From: Clostridia bacterium
Lineage (GTDB): Bacteria; Bacillota; Clostridia; UMGS1810
Assembly: GCA_045637145.1 (NCBI GenBank)
Contig: JAZTYV010000027.1
Location: forward strand, 13,586 to 77,585
DNA: 64,000 nucleotides
Direction: 5' to 3'
The notes beneath the pieces are model-generated. The model did no database searches, was not told the origin of the DNA, and was given only the letters and a program-made list of their open reading frames with translations. The translations under genes were made by a program, and so were the position numbers. This document shows, piece by piece, positions 1 through 9,820 of this stretch. Position 1 is the stretch's first letter. Every line of letters begins with the position of its first letter.

Positions 1-830
1 CATTTGATGCAGTTAGACAAGTGAAAAACAGCGGTGAATATTACGGTGCCAGAATTTTAGGAGTAAACAGCGAGGGGCCGTTTATAAACCCGTCCAAAAA
101 GGGCGCACAGGCAGAGGAACATATTTTGAAACCCGATGCCGATTTTATCTGCAAAAATGCAGATATCATAAAGCTCTTTACTGTTGCACCCGAGGTTGAC
201 GGTGCTTTGGAGTGTATAGAAAAGGTTTATAAAAATACAGATGTTCTTATCTCTATGGGTCACACCAATGCAACTTTCGAAGAAGCAAATGAGGGTATCA
301 ACAAGGGCGTAAGACACGCGACACATCTTTTCAATGCAATGACAGCGCTTTCGCACCGAAGCCCCGGAGTAGTTGGTGCATCTTTGTCCAATGGCGACAC
401 CAGTGCTGAGCTTATAGCAGACACATTCCATGTAGACAAAGGTCTGTTTAATCTTGTTGCAAAGCTAAAGGAAGATAAGCTTTGCCTTATTACCGACTGC
501 ATAAGAGCAGGAGGTATGTCCGATGGCGATTATTCTTTGGGAGGTCAGCCTGTACACAAAGAGGGCATCAAATGTCTTATGCCGGACGGCACTATAGCAG
601 GCAGTGTGTTGAATCTCAATGATGCGGTGTACAATTTGTATTCAAATACAAACCTTGAACTTCATGAGGCAGTTAAATGTGCATCCTTAAATCCTGCAAA
701 GGCATTGGGAGAAGACAGTGATATTGGTTCAATCGAGGTTGGTAAACGCGCCGATATATTGATTGCAGATGATAAATTCAAAGTAGCTATGACAATCCTT
801 GGCGGAGAAATAAGATATAAAGGAGAATGA
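1..830 (+). CDS. nagA: N-acetylglucosamine-6-phosphate deacetylase, C-terminal part (gene starts upstream of the window)
   Basis: The frame is already open at base 3 (FDAVRQVKNSGEYYGARILGVNSEGPFINP...), so the GTG at 21 in the ORF track is internal. It carries amidohydrolase-type NagA strings: EGPFI, MGHTNATFEEA, HATHLFNAM, HRSPGVVGA, GSIEVGKRADI. The stop overlaps the next start (ATGA at 827-830). Confidence 0.85.
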   Translation, partial: FDAVRQVKNSGEYYGARILGVNSEGPFINPSKKGAQAEEHILKPDADFICKNADIIKLFTVAPEVDGALECIEKVYKNTDVLISMGHTNATFEEANEGINKGVRHATHLFNAMTALSHRSPGVVGASLSNGDTSAELIADTFHVDKGLFNLVAKLKEDKLCLITDCIRAGGMSDGDYSLGGQPVHKEGIKCLMPDGTIAGSVLNLNDAVYNLYSNTNLELHEAVKCASLNPAKALGEDSDIGSIEVGKRADILIADDKFKVAMTILGGEIRYKGE

Positions 831-2200
831 TTATGATTGCAAAATTAGAACCAGAATTTATGCCTATGGCAAAGGTTATAAATGATTTTAAAGCTGCCGT
901 GGCAAACTCAGAATCTCAGGAGCTTTGTATTTCTGTTGAGAGAAATGGCGGACTCATTGCAGTGTATAAGCTTGATGTGTACAAAGAAAACACAGGCCAT
1001 GACGAAGAAAATTACGAAATAGCAGAAAGAATTATAAAGACTTTGCTTTGGGCAAAGGGCGGATACAAGGTATATATTGCAGGCTCAAAATATATATATG
1101 AGCGTATTGCAGATGATTACAGAGTTGGCGGAGCAAGAGAATTCGATTTCAATTTTATGGCTCGCGTTTACGAAAAACCCTTTGAGGTTGTATATGTAGA
1201 AAACATAAAAGATGCCCCCGCAGAAAATGATGTATCATCACCGGTTGGACGCCATCTTGACGGCTGCCGTATCGGTTTTGATGCCGGCGGAAGCGACCGT
1301 AAGGTATCTGCTGTTGTAGACGGTGAAACTGTATATTCCGAAGAGGTTGTATGGTTCCCCAAACTCCAAAGCGACCCTATGTATCACTATGATGGCATTT
1401 TAAGCGCTATGAAAACTGCAGCATCACATATGCCCAGAGTAGATGCTATCGGTGTGTCTTCTGCAGGTGTGTACATCGACAACAAGATAATGGTTGCATC
1501 ACTTTTCTTAAAAGTGTCTGACGAAGACTTTGAAAAGCATGTTAAAAATATGTATCTCGATGTTGCCAAAGAAATAGGTGATGTTCCGGTTGAAGTGGCA
1601 AATGACGGTGATGTAACAGCATTGGCTGGTGCAATGAGCCTTGAAGATAACAATGTTATGGGCATAGCTATGGGCACAAGCGAAGCTGCCGGCTATGTAG
1701 ATAAAGACGGTAATATTACAGGTTGGCTCAATGAGCTTGCTTTTGTTCCCGTTGATTTCAACAAGGGGGCAATGGTCGATGAATGGAGCGGTGACTACGG
1801 CTGCGGAGTTAAGTATTTATCTCAGGATGCAGTTATAAAGCTTGCTCCCAAAGCCGGCATAGAGCTTGATGAAAATCTATCCCCTGCAGAAAAGCTCAAG
1901 GTTGTACAGGGTCTCATGGAGAAAGATGACAGCCGCGCGGCAGATGTTTACGAAACAATAGGTACATATTTTGGATATTCAATAGCATATTATTCTATGT
2001 TCTACGATATCAAGCATGTGCTTATAATGGGAAGAGTTACCAGCGGAAAGGGCGGTACAATAATTCTTGCCAAGGCGAACGAAGTTTTAGAAGCAGAATT
2101 TCCCGAGCTGTTCAAAAAGATACAGCTTCATATTCCGGACGAAAAAGCAAGAAGAGTAGGTCAGTCTGTTGCTGCAGCAAGCCTGCCCAAAATAGTATAA
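827..2200 (+). CDS. ROK-family sugar kinase-like protein with N-terminal extension
   Basis: This is a 457-aa protein. Its C-terminal two thirds shows the actin-ATPase/ROK pattern (GFDAGGSDRKVSAV, VANDGDVTALAGA, GIAMGTSEAAGY). About 140 N-terminal residues are unassigned. It is translationally coupled to nagA, so an amino-sugar kinase role is plausible but not shown. Confidence 0.7.
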   Translation: MIMIAKLEPEFMPMAKVINDFKAAVANSESQELCISVERNGGLIAVYKLDVYKENTGHDEENYEIAERIIKTLLWAKGGYKVYIAGSKYIYERIADDYRVGGAREFDFNFMARVYEKPFEVVYVENIKDAPAENDVSSPVGRHLDGCRIGFDAGGSDRKVSAVVDGETVYSEEVVWFPKLQSDPMYHYDGILSAMKTAASHMPRVDAIGVSSAGVYIDNKIMVASLFLKVSDEDFEKHVKNMYLDVAKEIGDVPVEVANDGDVTALAGAMSLEDNNVMGIAMGTSEAAGYVDKDGNITGWLNELAFVPVDFNKGAMVDEWSGDYGCGVKYLSQDAVIKLAPKAGIELDENLSPAEKLKVVQGLMEKDDSRAADVYETIGTYFGYSIAYYSMFYDIKHVLIMGRVTSGKGGTIILAKANEVLEAEFPELFKKIQLHIPDEKARRVGQSVAAASLPKIV

Positions 2201-2212
2201 TTATATCAATAC

Positions 2213-2254
2213 AAACACGGTAAGTTTTTAAAAAACTTGCCGTGTTTTCTTTTA
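2213..2254 (+). terminator. Rho-independent terminator after the ROK gene
   Basis: Stem ACACGGTAAG (2215-2224) pairs with CTTGCCGTGT (2236-2245) with one G-U pair, and is followed by TTTCTTTT. Confidence 0.6.
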
Positions 2255-2487
2255 AATTCATATTGTTATTTTTGAATTATTGTGATATGATTATATTTGT
2301 AGAAATATGTTAAATTCAGCAAAGAAAAAATATCGATTTTCATAAGGGTTGATGCACACATTAATCCCAAAAATATTGAGCATTTGGTTTGTATATCGAC
2401 TTTTTTTACTGACTTGACACGACTCTAAGAATAAATGGTCAAATACAATCACAAAAAACTTTATATATTTCGAAGAGGAGTAATGTT

Positions 2488-2568
2488 ATGAACTTTACTA
2501 CTTGGCTTGCAATAGCTGTTGCAATAATAGTTCCAATAGCTATGTATATACATTATAACAAGGAATAA
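2488..2568 (+). CDS. Possible 26-aa single-pass membrane peptide (MNFTTWLAIAVAIIVPIAMYIHYNKE)
   Basis: The ATG lies 7 nt after GAAGAGGAG. The peptide has a hydrophobic core and a polar C-terminus. It lies 46 nt upstream of the PspC-domain gene and is below the ORF-track size cutoff. There is no homology evidence. Confidence 0.3.
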   Translation: MNFTTWLAIAVAIIVPIAMYIHYNKE

Positions 2569-2614
2569 TCAATACATAAAAACATATGACAATTAAAACA
2601 GGAGGTACATATTT

Positions 2615-2806
2615 ATGAAAAAGACATTGTACAAATCAGCAGAAAATAAAAAACTTTGCGGTGTATGCGGAGGAATATCCGAATATTTTAATATCGATCC
2701 TACAATGGTTCGTTTGGCGTGGATTTTATTTACCGCACTTGGCGGTTCCGGCATAATAGCATATATTGTAGCTGCATTGGTTATGCCATGCAAAAATGAA
2801 GATTAA
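2615..2806 (+). CDS. PspC-domain small membrane protein
   Basis: This 63-aa protein reads LYKSAENKKLCGVCGGISEYFNIDPTMVRLAWILFTALGGSGIIAYIVAALVMP. That is the classic PspC-domain pattern (amphipathic segment plus one TM helix). Confidence 0.8.
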   Translation: MKKTLYKSAENKKLCGVCGGISEYFNIDPTMVRLAWILFTALGGSGIIAYIVAALVMPCKNED

Positions 2807-2852
2807 GTTGGCTGATGTTTAATTATGAGTTTCCTGCTTTATCAAAAATTCA

Positions 2853-3551
2853 TTGAAAGGAGTAATTGCTATAGAAACACCAATACAAAAAGCTCTTCTT
2901 TTAATGGGTGAAGAAAAGTATAGGGAATTTGTTTCCAAACTTATTCCAACAGTTAAAAAAGATACAATCATAGGTATACGCACGCCTGTTCTTAGAAGGT
3001 ATGCCAAAACTTTGGAAAATTGCCAGGCCTTTTTAAATGAACTTCCGCATAAATATTATGAAGAAAACAATCTTCACGCTTTTTTAATAGAGAGGGAACC
3101 GAATTTTGACAAATGCATAGAAGGTCTTGATGCTTTTTTACCCTATGTGGATAATTGGTCAACTTGCGATTGTATGAAGCCAAAAATACTCAAAAGATAT
3201 CCTGATAAGCTTTTGATACATATACAACGATGGATAAAGTCAAATGATATTTATGCAGTAAGGTATGCAATCAATCTTTTGATGAGCTTTTATCTTGATG
3301 AAAACTTTGATGAACAATATCTTTGCCTTGTTGCCAATATTAAATCCGATGAGTATTACATCAACATGATGAGGGCATGGTACTTTGCTACGGCACTTGC
3401 CAAACAATATAAATATGCTTTGCCATATATAGAAAATAATATGCTTGATGAATGGACACATAACAAAACCATACAAAAGGCAAGAGAAAGCTATAGAATT
3501 ACAAACGACAAAAAGAAATATTTGAAAACATTTATACGAAAGAAAAAATAA
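2853..3551 (+). CDS. DNA alkylation repair protein (AlkD-like HEAT-repeat family)
   Basis: Family-typical strings are present: KYREFVSKLIPTVKKDTIIGIRTPVLRRYAK, NWSTCDCM, YAVRYAINLLM and MMRAWYFATALAKQY. The start is uncertain. The ORF-track TTG at 2853 has no SD, and AAAGGAG at 2855-2861 is followed only by ATT/ATA codons before the conserved N-terminus. Confidence 0.7.
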   Translation: MKGVIAIETPIQKALLLMGEEKYREFVSKLIPTVKKDTIIGIRTPVLRRYAKTLENCQAFLNELPHKYYEENNLHAFLIEREPNFDKCIEGLDAFLPYVDNWSTCDCMKPKILKRYPDKLLIHIQRWIKSNDIYAVRYAINLLMSFYLDENFDEQYLCLVANIKSDEYYINMMRAWYFATALAKQYKYALPYIENNMLDEWTHNKTIQKARESYRITNDKKKYLKTFIRKKK

Positions 3552-3602
3552 TGACATTATAATTTATTTATATAAAACACATCAAAAAAAGAGGCGAATA
3601 CA

Positions 3603-4439
3603 GTGAAAAAATCGAAAACACTTTTATTTACTATATGCGGAACAATGATAACAGGTTTTGCAATAGGCTCATTTTTAACCCCAAACAAAGTTGTAGGCGG
3701 AGGAGCATCGGGTATATCAACCATATTGTTTCACACCTTTGGAATACAACCCGGTGTAAGCTTTTTTATACTCAACATATTGTTTTTGCTTGTTGGTTTT
3801 ACAGTTTTGGGAAAGCAATTCATTTGCAAAACACTAATAGGAATTACTCTTTTGTCGCTGTTTACACAGATTTTCAGTTATTTTCCCATTTACACAGAGA
3901 ACCTTGTGCTCACAACTGTTTTTGGCGGTGTCTTATATGGCTTTGGCATTGGCATGAGCTTTGCTGCAGGTGCTTCAACAGGTGGCACGGATATCATAGG
4001 AAGAATTATTCAAACAAAATTCAGCTTTGTTCCCATAGGAAAGATGCTTTTGTTTGTAGATGGAATTATAATTGTTATTTCGTTTGCGGTATTTAAAAAT
4101 ATAGAGCTAACACTTTTTGGTATTTTCACACTCATAATTTCGAGCTATTCTATAGACTTTATTATAAGCAAATTAAATGTTTCAAGAATTGCTTTTGTTA
4201 TTACTGACACCGGTGATAAAATATCCAAAACACTTGTTTCAACATCGCCAAGAGGAGTTACTTTGATAGATGTTAAAGGTGTATATACAGACAGCCAAAA
4301 GCAAATGCTGTTTTGTGCATTAAAAGAGAGTGAAAGCGAAGAGTTTCAAAATAAAATTCTTGCTATCGACCCCAATGCTTTTATTGTGTTTTCCGAATCT
4401 CAAAGAATTAAAGGCAATGGGTTTTATCTTTACAAATAA
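3603..4439 (+). CDS. YitT-family membrane protein (DUF2179 C-terminal domain)
   Basis: This 278-aa protein has several TM segments. They are followed by a soluble C-terminal domain (RIAFVITDTGDKISKTL, GVTLIDVKGVYT, IDPNAFIVFSESQRIKGNGF), which is the YitT layout. Confidence 0.85.
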   Translation: MKKSKTLLFTICGTMITGFAIGSFLTPNKVVGGGASGISTILFHTFGIQPGVSFFILNILFLLVGFTVLGKQFICKTLIGITLLSLFTQIFSYFPIYTENLVLTTVFGGVLYGFGIGMSFAAGASTGGTDIIGRIIQTKFSFVPIGKMLLFVDGIIIVISFAVFKNIELTLFGIFTLIISSYSIDFIISKLNVSRIAFVITDTGDKISKTLVSTSPRGVTLIDVKGVYTDSQKQMLFCALKESESEEFQNKILAIDPNAFIVFSESQRIKGNGFYLYK

Positions 4440-4461
4440 AATATTTATATGAGGTGTTAAA

Positions 4462-5739
4462 ATGGCAAAGATTTCGTTTCCATATGGGAAAACCAAGATT
4501 AACTATGAGTTCAAAGATGATGAGCTTGCAGGCGTACTGACATCGTCTATAGAAGAGTACATACCCAAAGCGTGCCAGCAAGAGCTTGTTGAAACAGCTA
4601 TAACAAATCCAACAGGCACAGAACGGTTAAGTGAACTTGCAAAAGGTAAGAAAAAAATCGTTATCATTGCAAGTGACCATACCCGTCCTGTTCCCAGCAA
4701 AATTATTATGCCTTTGATGCTAAGGGAAATAAGAGAGGGAAATCCCGATGCGGATATCACCATACTTATAGCAACAGGTTGCCACAGGGGTACTACCAAA
4801 GCAGAACTGGTGGATAAGTTTGGAGAGGAAATTGCAGAAAACGAAAATATATATATTCACGACTGTGACGAACGCGAAAAGCTTATAAACATAGGAACAC
4901 TGCCATCAGACGGAGAGTGTGAAATCAACAAAATAGCTTATGATGCAGATTTGCTTGTTGCAGAGGGGTTCATAGAACCGCACTTTTTTGCCGGATTTTC
5001 CGGAGGAAGAAAGAGTGTTTTGCCAGGAATTGCAGGCAGGACAACGGTTCTCGCTAATCATTGTTCAGAGTTCATAGACAATGAGAATTCCCGCACCGGA
5101 ATACTGGAAAAGAATCCTATACACCAAGATATGCTTTGGGCAGCAAAAACAGCCAAGCTCAAGTTTATTGTAAATGTTGTATTAAATGCGGAAAAAGAGG
5201 TTATATATGCGGTGGCGGGCGACCCGGAAAAAGCGCACGAAAAAGGAACTCACTTTTTGTCCTCTTTATGCGGTGCCAAAGCAGTTTTGGCAGATGTTGC
5301 AATTTCGACAAACGGAGGATACCCGCTCGATCAGAATGTCTATCAGGCGGTAAAGGGAATGACTGCAGCAGAAGCCACTGTAAAAAAAGACGGAGTAATT
5401 ATTATGCTTGCGGCGTCAAATGACGGAATTGGCGGCGACCATTTTTATCATCAGCTTTCAGATGAAGATGATATATACAAGACAATGGATACGTTTTTAA
5501 AACGCGGACGCGGACAAACAGTACCTGACCAATGGCAGACTCAGATTTTGCTGAGAATATTGATGCATGCAAGGATAATATATATTTCCGAAATGCAGGA
5601 TGAACTGGTAGAAAAGATGCATATGATTCCTGCACATTCTATTGATGAGGCAATATCAAAAGCCAAAGAGATTTTGAAAAAAGAAAACATTAAAATTACA
5701 GCTATTCCGGACGGTGTATCGGTTATGGTAACAAAATGA
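4462..5739 (+). CDS. larA: LarA-family (nickel-pincer-dependent) 2-hydroxyacid racemase/epimerase-like protein
   Basis: This 425-aa protein shows the DUF2088/LarA pattern: IIASDHTRPVP, ILIATGCHRG, GFIEPHFFAGFSGGRKSVLPGIAG...LANH. The Lys in GGRK and the downstream His sit where LarA tethers and ligates the Ni-pincer cofactor. The substrate is unknown. Confidence 0.75.
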   Translation: MAKISFPYGKTKINYEFKDDELAGVLTSSIEEYIPKACQQELVETAITNPTGTERLSELAKGKKKIVIIASDHTRPVPSKIIMPLMLREIREGNPDADITILIATGCHRGTTKAELVDKFGEEIAENENIYIHDCDEREKLINIGTLPSDGECEINKIAYDADLLVAEGFIEPHFFAGFSGGRKSVLPGIAGRTTVLANHCSEFIDNENSRTGILEKNPIHQDMLWAAKTAKLKFIVNVVLNAEKEVIYAVAGDPEKAHEKGTHFLSSLCGAKAVLADVAISTNGGYPLDQNVYQAVKGMTAAEATVKKDGVIIMLAASNDGIGGDHFYHQLSDEDDIYKTMDTFLKRGRGQTVPDQWQTQILLRILMHARIIYISEMQDELVEKMHMIPAHSIDEAISKAKEILKKENIKITAIPDGVSVMVTK

Positions 5740-5749
5740 GGTGAAAAAA

Positions 5750-6889
5750 GTGAAAGTAACAGTATCAATAGATTCATTTAAAGGCAGTCTTTCTACCTTT
5801 CAGGCAGGAGAGGCAATATCAGAGGGTGTAAAGAAGGTTTATCCTGATGCCGAGGTAAATATATGTCCTCTTGCAGACGGAGGCGAGGGAACGGTCGATG
5901 CTATAATAGGTGCAACAGGCGGAGAAATGGCAGAAGTTACTGTACATAACCCTCTCGGAAAACTGATAAACAGTAGTTACGGAATTATACCTCATACCCA
6001 AACTGCTGTAATTGAGATGGCATCTGCATCCGGTATTACACTTATAAATGACGCCGAACGAAATCCTCTTCATACAACTACATTTGGTGTAGGTGAGCTT
6101 ATACTCGATGCTATTAAAAGAGGATGCCGAAAATTCATTGTGGGTATCGGCGGAAGTGCAACAAATGACGGAGGCATTGGCATGCTTCAGGCACTTGGAT
6201 TTGAGTTTTTGGATAAAGACTCAAATCAGGTTTCATTTGGTGCAAAAGGTCTTAAGGACATTGTAAAAATCAAGACAGACAATGCAATAAAGGAGCTTAA
6301 TGAATGTTCGTTTAGTGTTGCCTGCGATGTAAAAAATCCCCTGTGCGGAGAAAATGGCTGCAGTGCAATATACGGACCGCAAAAAGGTGCCACTTCGTCT
6401 ATGATAAAGGATATGGATATGTGGCTGAAAGAATATGCAAGATTAACGAAAGAAATACTCCCCGAATCTGACTTAAATATTCCCGGAACAGGTGCGGCGG
6501 GCGGACTTGGATTTGCATTTTTGTCTTATTTAAATTCAAGTTTGTCTTCCGGAGTAGATTTGGTCATCAAGGAAACACAACTTGAAAACTGTGTAAAAGA
6601 TGCAGATGTAGTTATTACCGGTGAGGGCCGTCTGGACGGACAGTCATATATGGGCAAGGCGCCGATAGGAGTGGCAAAGCTTGCAAAAAAATACAAAAAA
6701 CCTGTCATAGCATTTTCGGGATGCGTAACAGACGATGCTGTTATGTGCAATGAGCATGGTATAGATGCATTCTTTCCAATAGTAAGAAAGCCTTGTACAT
6801 TGGAAGAAGCTATGGATTTAGACAATGCACACAAGAATTTAAAGGACACGGTTAATCAGGTGTTCAGACTAATAAAAACTTCGTTTTGA
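5750..6889 (+). CDS. glxK: Glycerate kinase
   Basis: Glycerate-kinase strings are present: SIDSFKGSLS, CPLADGGEGTVD, VGIGGSATNDGGIGMLQALG and VITGEGRLDGQSYMGKAP. The GTG at 5750 lies 6 nt after GAGGTG, whereas the ORF-track GTG at 5741 has no SD. Confidence 0.85.
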   Translation: MKVTVSIDSFKGSLSTFQAGEAISEGVKKVYPDAEVNICPLADGGEGTVDAIIGATGGEMAEVTVHNPLGKLINSSYGIIPHTQTAVIEMASASGITLINDAERNPLHTTTFGVGELILDAIKRGCRKFIVGIGGSATNDGGIGMLQALGFEFLDKDSNQVSFGAKGLKDIVKIKTDNAIKELNECSFSVACDVKNPLCGENGCSAIYGPQKGATSSMIKDMDMWLKEYARLTKEILPESDLNIPGTGAAGGLGFAFLSYLNSSLSSGVDLVIKETQLENCVKDADVVITGEGRLDGQSYMGKAPIGVAKLAKKYKKPVIAFSGCVTDDAVMCNEHGIDAFFPIVRKPCTLEEAMDLDNAHKNLKDTVNQVFRLIKTSF

Positions 6890-6926
6890 ATTCGCAACAA
6901 CAGATAATGCAAAAGGATGTGATAAT

Positions 6927-7916
6927 ATGTCTTCTATAAGGGAAAACTATGAAAATACCGAATACAGAATTTTGTCACCTATGGGGTTTAAATCAAATGA
7001 AACCCAGGGCAGAATAAAGGAGGAAGAAAAGTGTCCTATAAGAACCGAATTTTGCCGCGATAGAGACAGGATTATTCACTCCAAATCTTTCAGGCGTTTA
7101 AAACATAAAACACAGGTTTTCATATCTGTATACAACGACCATTTCCGTACCCGCCTTACACATACGCTCGAGGTTTCGCAAATTGCCAGAACCATAAGCC
7201 GCGCCTTGGGGTTAAACGAAGACTTAACAGAGGCAATAGCTATGGGACACGACTTGGGTCATACACCGTTTGGACATTCGGGAGAGCGTGCACTGGATGC
7301 GCTAAACCCATCGGGATTTAAACACAACGAGCAGAGTCTCAGGGTAGTTGATGTTCTGGAAAAAGACGGAGATGGTATGAATCTCACATACGAGGTAAGA
7401 GATGGAATTTTAAACCATTCGGGAGACAACCCTGCCGCAACCAATGAAGGTATGGTAATAAAATATGCCGACAGATTTGCGTACATAAATCATGACATAG
7501 ATGACGCAATAAGAGTAGGGGTCATTTCACGGATGGATTTGCCTTTGAACTCAGTAAATCTTTTTGGATCCACACATTCCGACCGCATTGCCGCAATGAC
7601 CAAAGATATGGTCGAGGCAACAAAAAAAGCCGGAAGGATTTGTATGTCTCCCGAAAAAGAAAAAGCAATGCTTGAACTCAGGGAGTTTATGTTTGATGCT
7701 GTATATCGCGATCACGCCGTAAAGGACTACCAAACACAAATGGTTATAGAAAAATTGTATAAATATTTCCGTTCAAATCTTTCGAAATTGCCGTACGAGT
7801 ACGGGAAACTCCTTGAAGATTGGAATGCGGATACGGTTGTCTGCGATTATATATCGGGTATGACAGACAATTACTCAATAGCTCTGTTCAACGAGCTTTT
7901 TATGCCAATTAAATAG
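6927..7916 (+). CDS. dgt: dGTP triphosphohydrolase-like HD-domain protein
   Basis: HD-domain strings are present: FCRDRDRIIHSKSFRRLKHKTQVF, FRTRLTHTLEV, AMGHDLGHTPFGHSGE and INHDIDDA. It sits in the usual position upstream of dnaG-sigA. Confidence 0.85.
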   Translation: MSSIRENYENTEYRILSPMGFKSNETQGRIKEEEKCPIRTEFCRDRDRIIHSKSFRRLKHKTQVFISVYNDHFRTRLTHTLEVSQIARTISRALGLNEDLTEAIAMGHDLGHTPFGHSGERALDALNPSGFKHNEQSLRVVDVLEKDGDGMNLTYEVRDGILNHSGDNPAATNEGMVIKYADRFAYINHDIDDAIRVGVISRMDLPLNSVNLFGSTHSDRIAAMTKDMVEATKKAGRICMSPEKEKAMLELREFMFDAVYRDHAVKDYQTQMVIEKLYKYFRSNLSKLPYEYGKLLEDWNADTVVCDYISGMTDNYSIALFNELFMPIK

Positions 7917-7979
7917 ATATAAACATAAAAAAAGGGATTTTCGTTTTTTTGTCGAAAAGGATAATATAGGAGGATGATT

Positions 7980-9734
7980 ATGCCTTTATATCCTGAATAT
8001 TTAATACGAGAAGTGGCTGACAAAAACGACATCCGCGATGTAGTATCACAGTATGTTAACTTAAAGAAGGCGGGCAGCTCATATGTAGGACTTTGTCCTT
8101 TTCACAATGAGAAGACGCCTTCCTTTTCTGTATCACCCCAAAAGGGAATATTTCATTGTTTTGGTTGCGGAGAAGGCGGTAATGTCATCCATTTTGTTAT
8201 GAAAATTGAAAATATGCCTTTTGTGGAAGCAGTTGAAAAGCTTGCCGAACGAGCCGGAATATCACTACCCAAACCGGACGAAAAAGACAGTGAACGCCAT
8301 GTACTCATGGCAAAAGAAAGGGAAACCATATACGAAATGAATATGGAGGCAGCAAACTTCTTCTACGATAATCTCAAGGATGCAAAAACCGCTGTAGACT
8401 ATCTTAAAACGCGTTCTCTTTCCGGTGCAGATGCAAAACACTTTTTCATAGGTTATGCCAGGGACAGTTGGAATGCTTTATTTGAACATCTCAAATCAAA
8501 AGGTTATAAAGAGGGCGACATTCTAAAAGCCGGACTTATAAAATCAAATGAAAACGGCAAGTATTATGACGCGTTCAGAAACAGAGTTATATTTCCCATA
8601 TTTGATACCCGAAACAGAGTAATAGGCTTTGGAGGAAGAGTTCTGGATGACAGTAAACCAAAGTATCTTAATTCTCCGGATTCGCCTGTATTTAATAAAA
8701 GCCGAAATCTCTATTTTTTTAACGCTGCAAGACGGTCCAAAAAAGACTTTGTCATTCTTGCCGAAGGATATATGGATGTAATTGCTCTTGCCAAAAACGG
8801 CTATGTCAATTCTGTGGCAACGCTCGGTACTGCGCTTACTTCCTCTCAGGCAAAGCTTATTGCCTCGGAGTTCAAAGAGGTGGTAATATGCTATGACAGC
8901 GACCCGGCAGGCAGAAAGGCAACCAACAGAGCCATTACAATATTAAGAGAGTACGATATTGCAATTTCAGTACTCAATTTAAAGGATAAAAAAGACCCTG
9001 ACGAATATATTAATACTCTTGGCATCACAAGGTTTAACAATTGTGTCTCCAAGAGAAAAGCAGACATGATGTATCTCATAGACACCTTCGAGGAAGAGTA
9101 TGATTTGAGTATAAATTCGCAGAGGGTCTTGTATGTTGGTGCTGTTTTGGAATATCTTAAGCTTGTTAAAAATTCTGTAGAGCTTGATGTGTATGTGGAG
9201 GAGCTTGCTTCAAGAAGCAAGGTATCATCAAATGCAATATATTCTCAGCTTGGTGTGGTAAAAGCAGTAAATACCAAAACGGCATCTATAGATGAAACTC
9301 CCGATGTCACCATGATAGAAAGAAGAAAGAGCAAGCTTTCATCGGACGGAGCTTTGGAGCGAACTCGTGAACATCTTTTGGCATTGCTTATATCATCAAA
9401 ATCAATATACAAAAATAAAAAGCAGTTTATATCTTTGGACTTGTTTGAAAGCGAAACACACAAAAAACTTTTAAGCTATATTCTTGCCTTTTACGATATA
9501 GACAAAACCATAGAAACATCACAGGTTATCAATTTCTTTACCGAGGAGGAAGAAATAAAAGAAGTGTCGAAGATACTTTCTATAGATAACAGAACCGAGG
9601 ATGCTAATAAAGCTTTTGATGACTATATAAGGGTTATAAATGATCGGATGAACAAAAAGAATATACTTATGAGGTTAAACAGCCAGGACAAAGACAAAAT
9701 AGAAAAAATAAATAAAATAATAAAGAATAAATGA
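7980..9734 (+). CDS. dnaG: DNA primase
   Basis: It has a CHC2 zinc finger (GLCPFHNEKTPSFSVSPQKGIFHCFGCGEGGNVIHF) and a TOPRIM domain (ILAEGYMDVIAL, VICYDSDPAGRKAT). The ATG at 7980 lies 6 nt after TAGGAGG. The ORF-track ATG at 7974 is immediately adjacent to the SD. Confidence 0.95.
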   Translation: MPLYPEYLIREVADKNDIRDVVSQYVNLKKAGSSYVGLCPFHNEKTPSFSVSPQKGIFHCFGCGEGGNVIHFVMKIENMPFVEAVEKLAERAGISLPKPDEKDSERHVLMAKERETIYEMNMEAANFFYDNLKDAKTAVDYLKTRSLSGADAKHFFIGYARDSWNALFEHLKSKGYKEGDILKAGLIKSNENGKYYDAFRNRVIFPIFDTRNRVIGFGGRVLDDSKPKYLNSPDSPVFNKSRNLYFFNAARRSKKDFVILAEGYMDVIALAKNGYVNSVATLGTALTSSQAKLIASEFKEVVICYDSDPAGRKATNRAITILREYDIAISVLNLKDKKDPDEYINTLGITRFNNCVSKRKADMMYLIDTFEEEYDLSINSQRVLYVGAVLEYLKLVKNSVELDVYVEELASRSKVSSNAIYSQLGVVKAVNTKTASIDETPDVTMIERRKSKLSSDGALERTREHLLALLISSKSIYKNKKQFISLDLFESETHKKLLSYILAFYDIDKTIETSQVINFFTEEEEIKEVSKILSIDNRTEDANKAFDDYIRVINDRMNKKNILMRLNSQDKDKIEKINKIIKNK

Positions 9735-9820
9735 AAACTTATTAAAATATAAGAAAATCATCTTTAAACATAAGGCGTAGGGCGAGTGAGTCCTTTGTGT
9801 CTAAGAGGAGGAACATTACT

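Noticed and set aside
3635-4096. A 153-aa alternative-frame ORF inside yitT, and comparable same-strand shadow ORFs (5136-5423, 13984-14181, 21904-22173).
   Set aside because: They overlap well-supported genes in another frame. They are Arg/Cys-rich with no recognisable domains.
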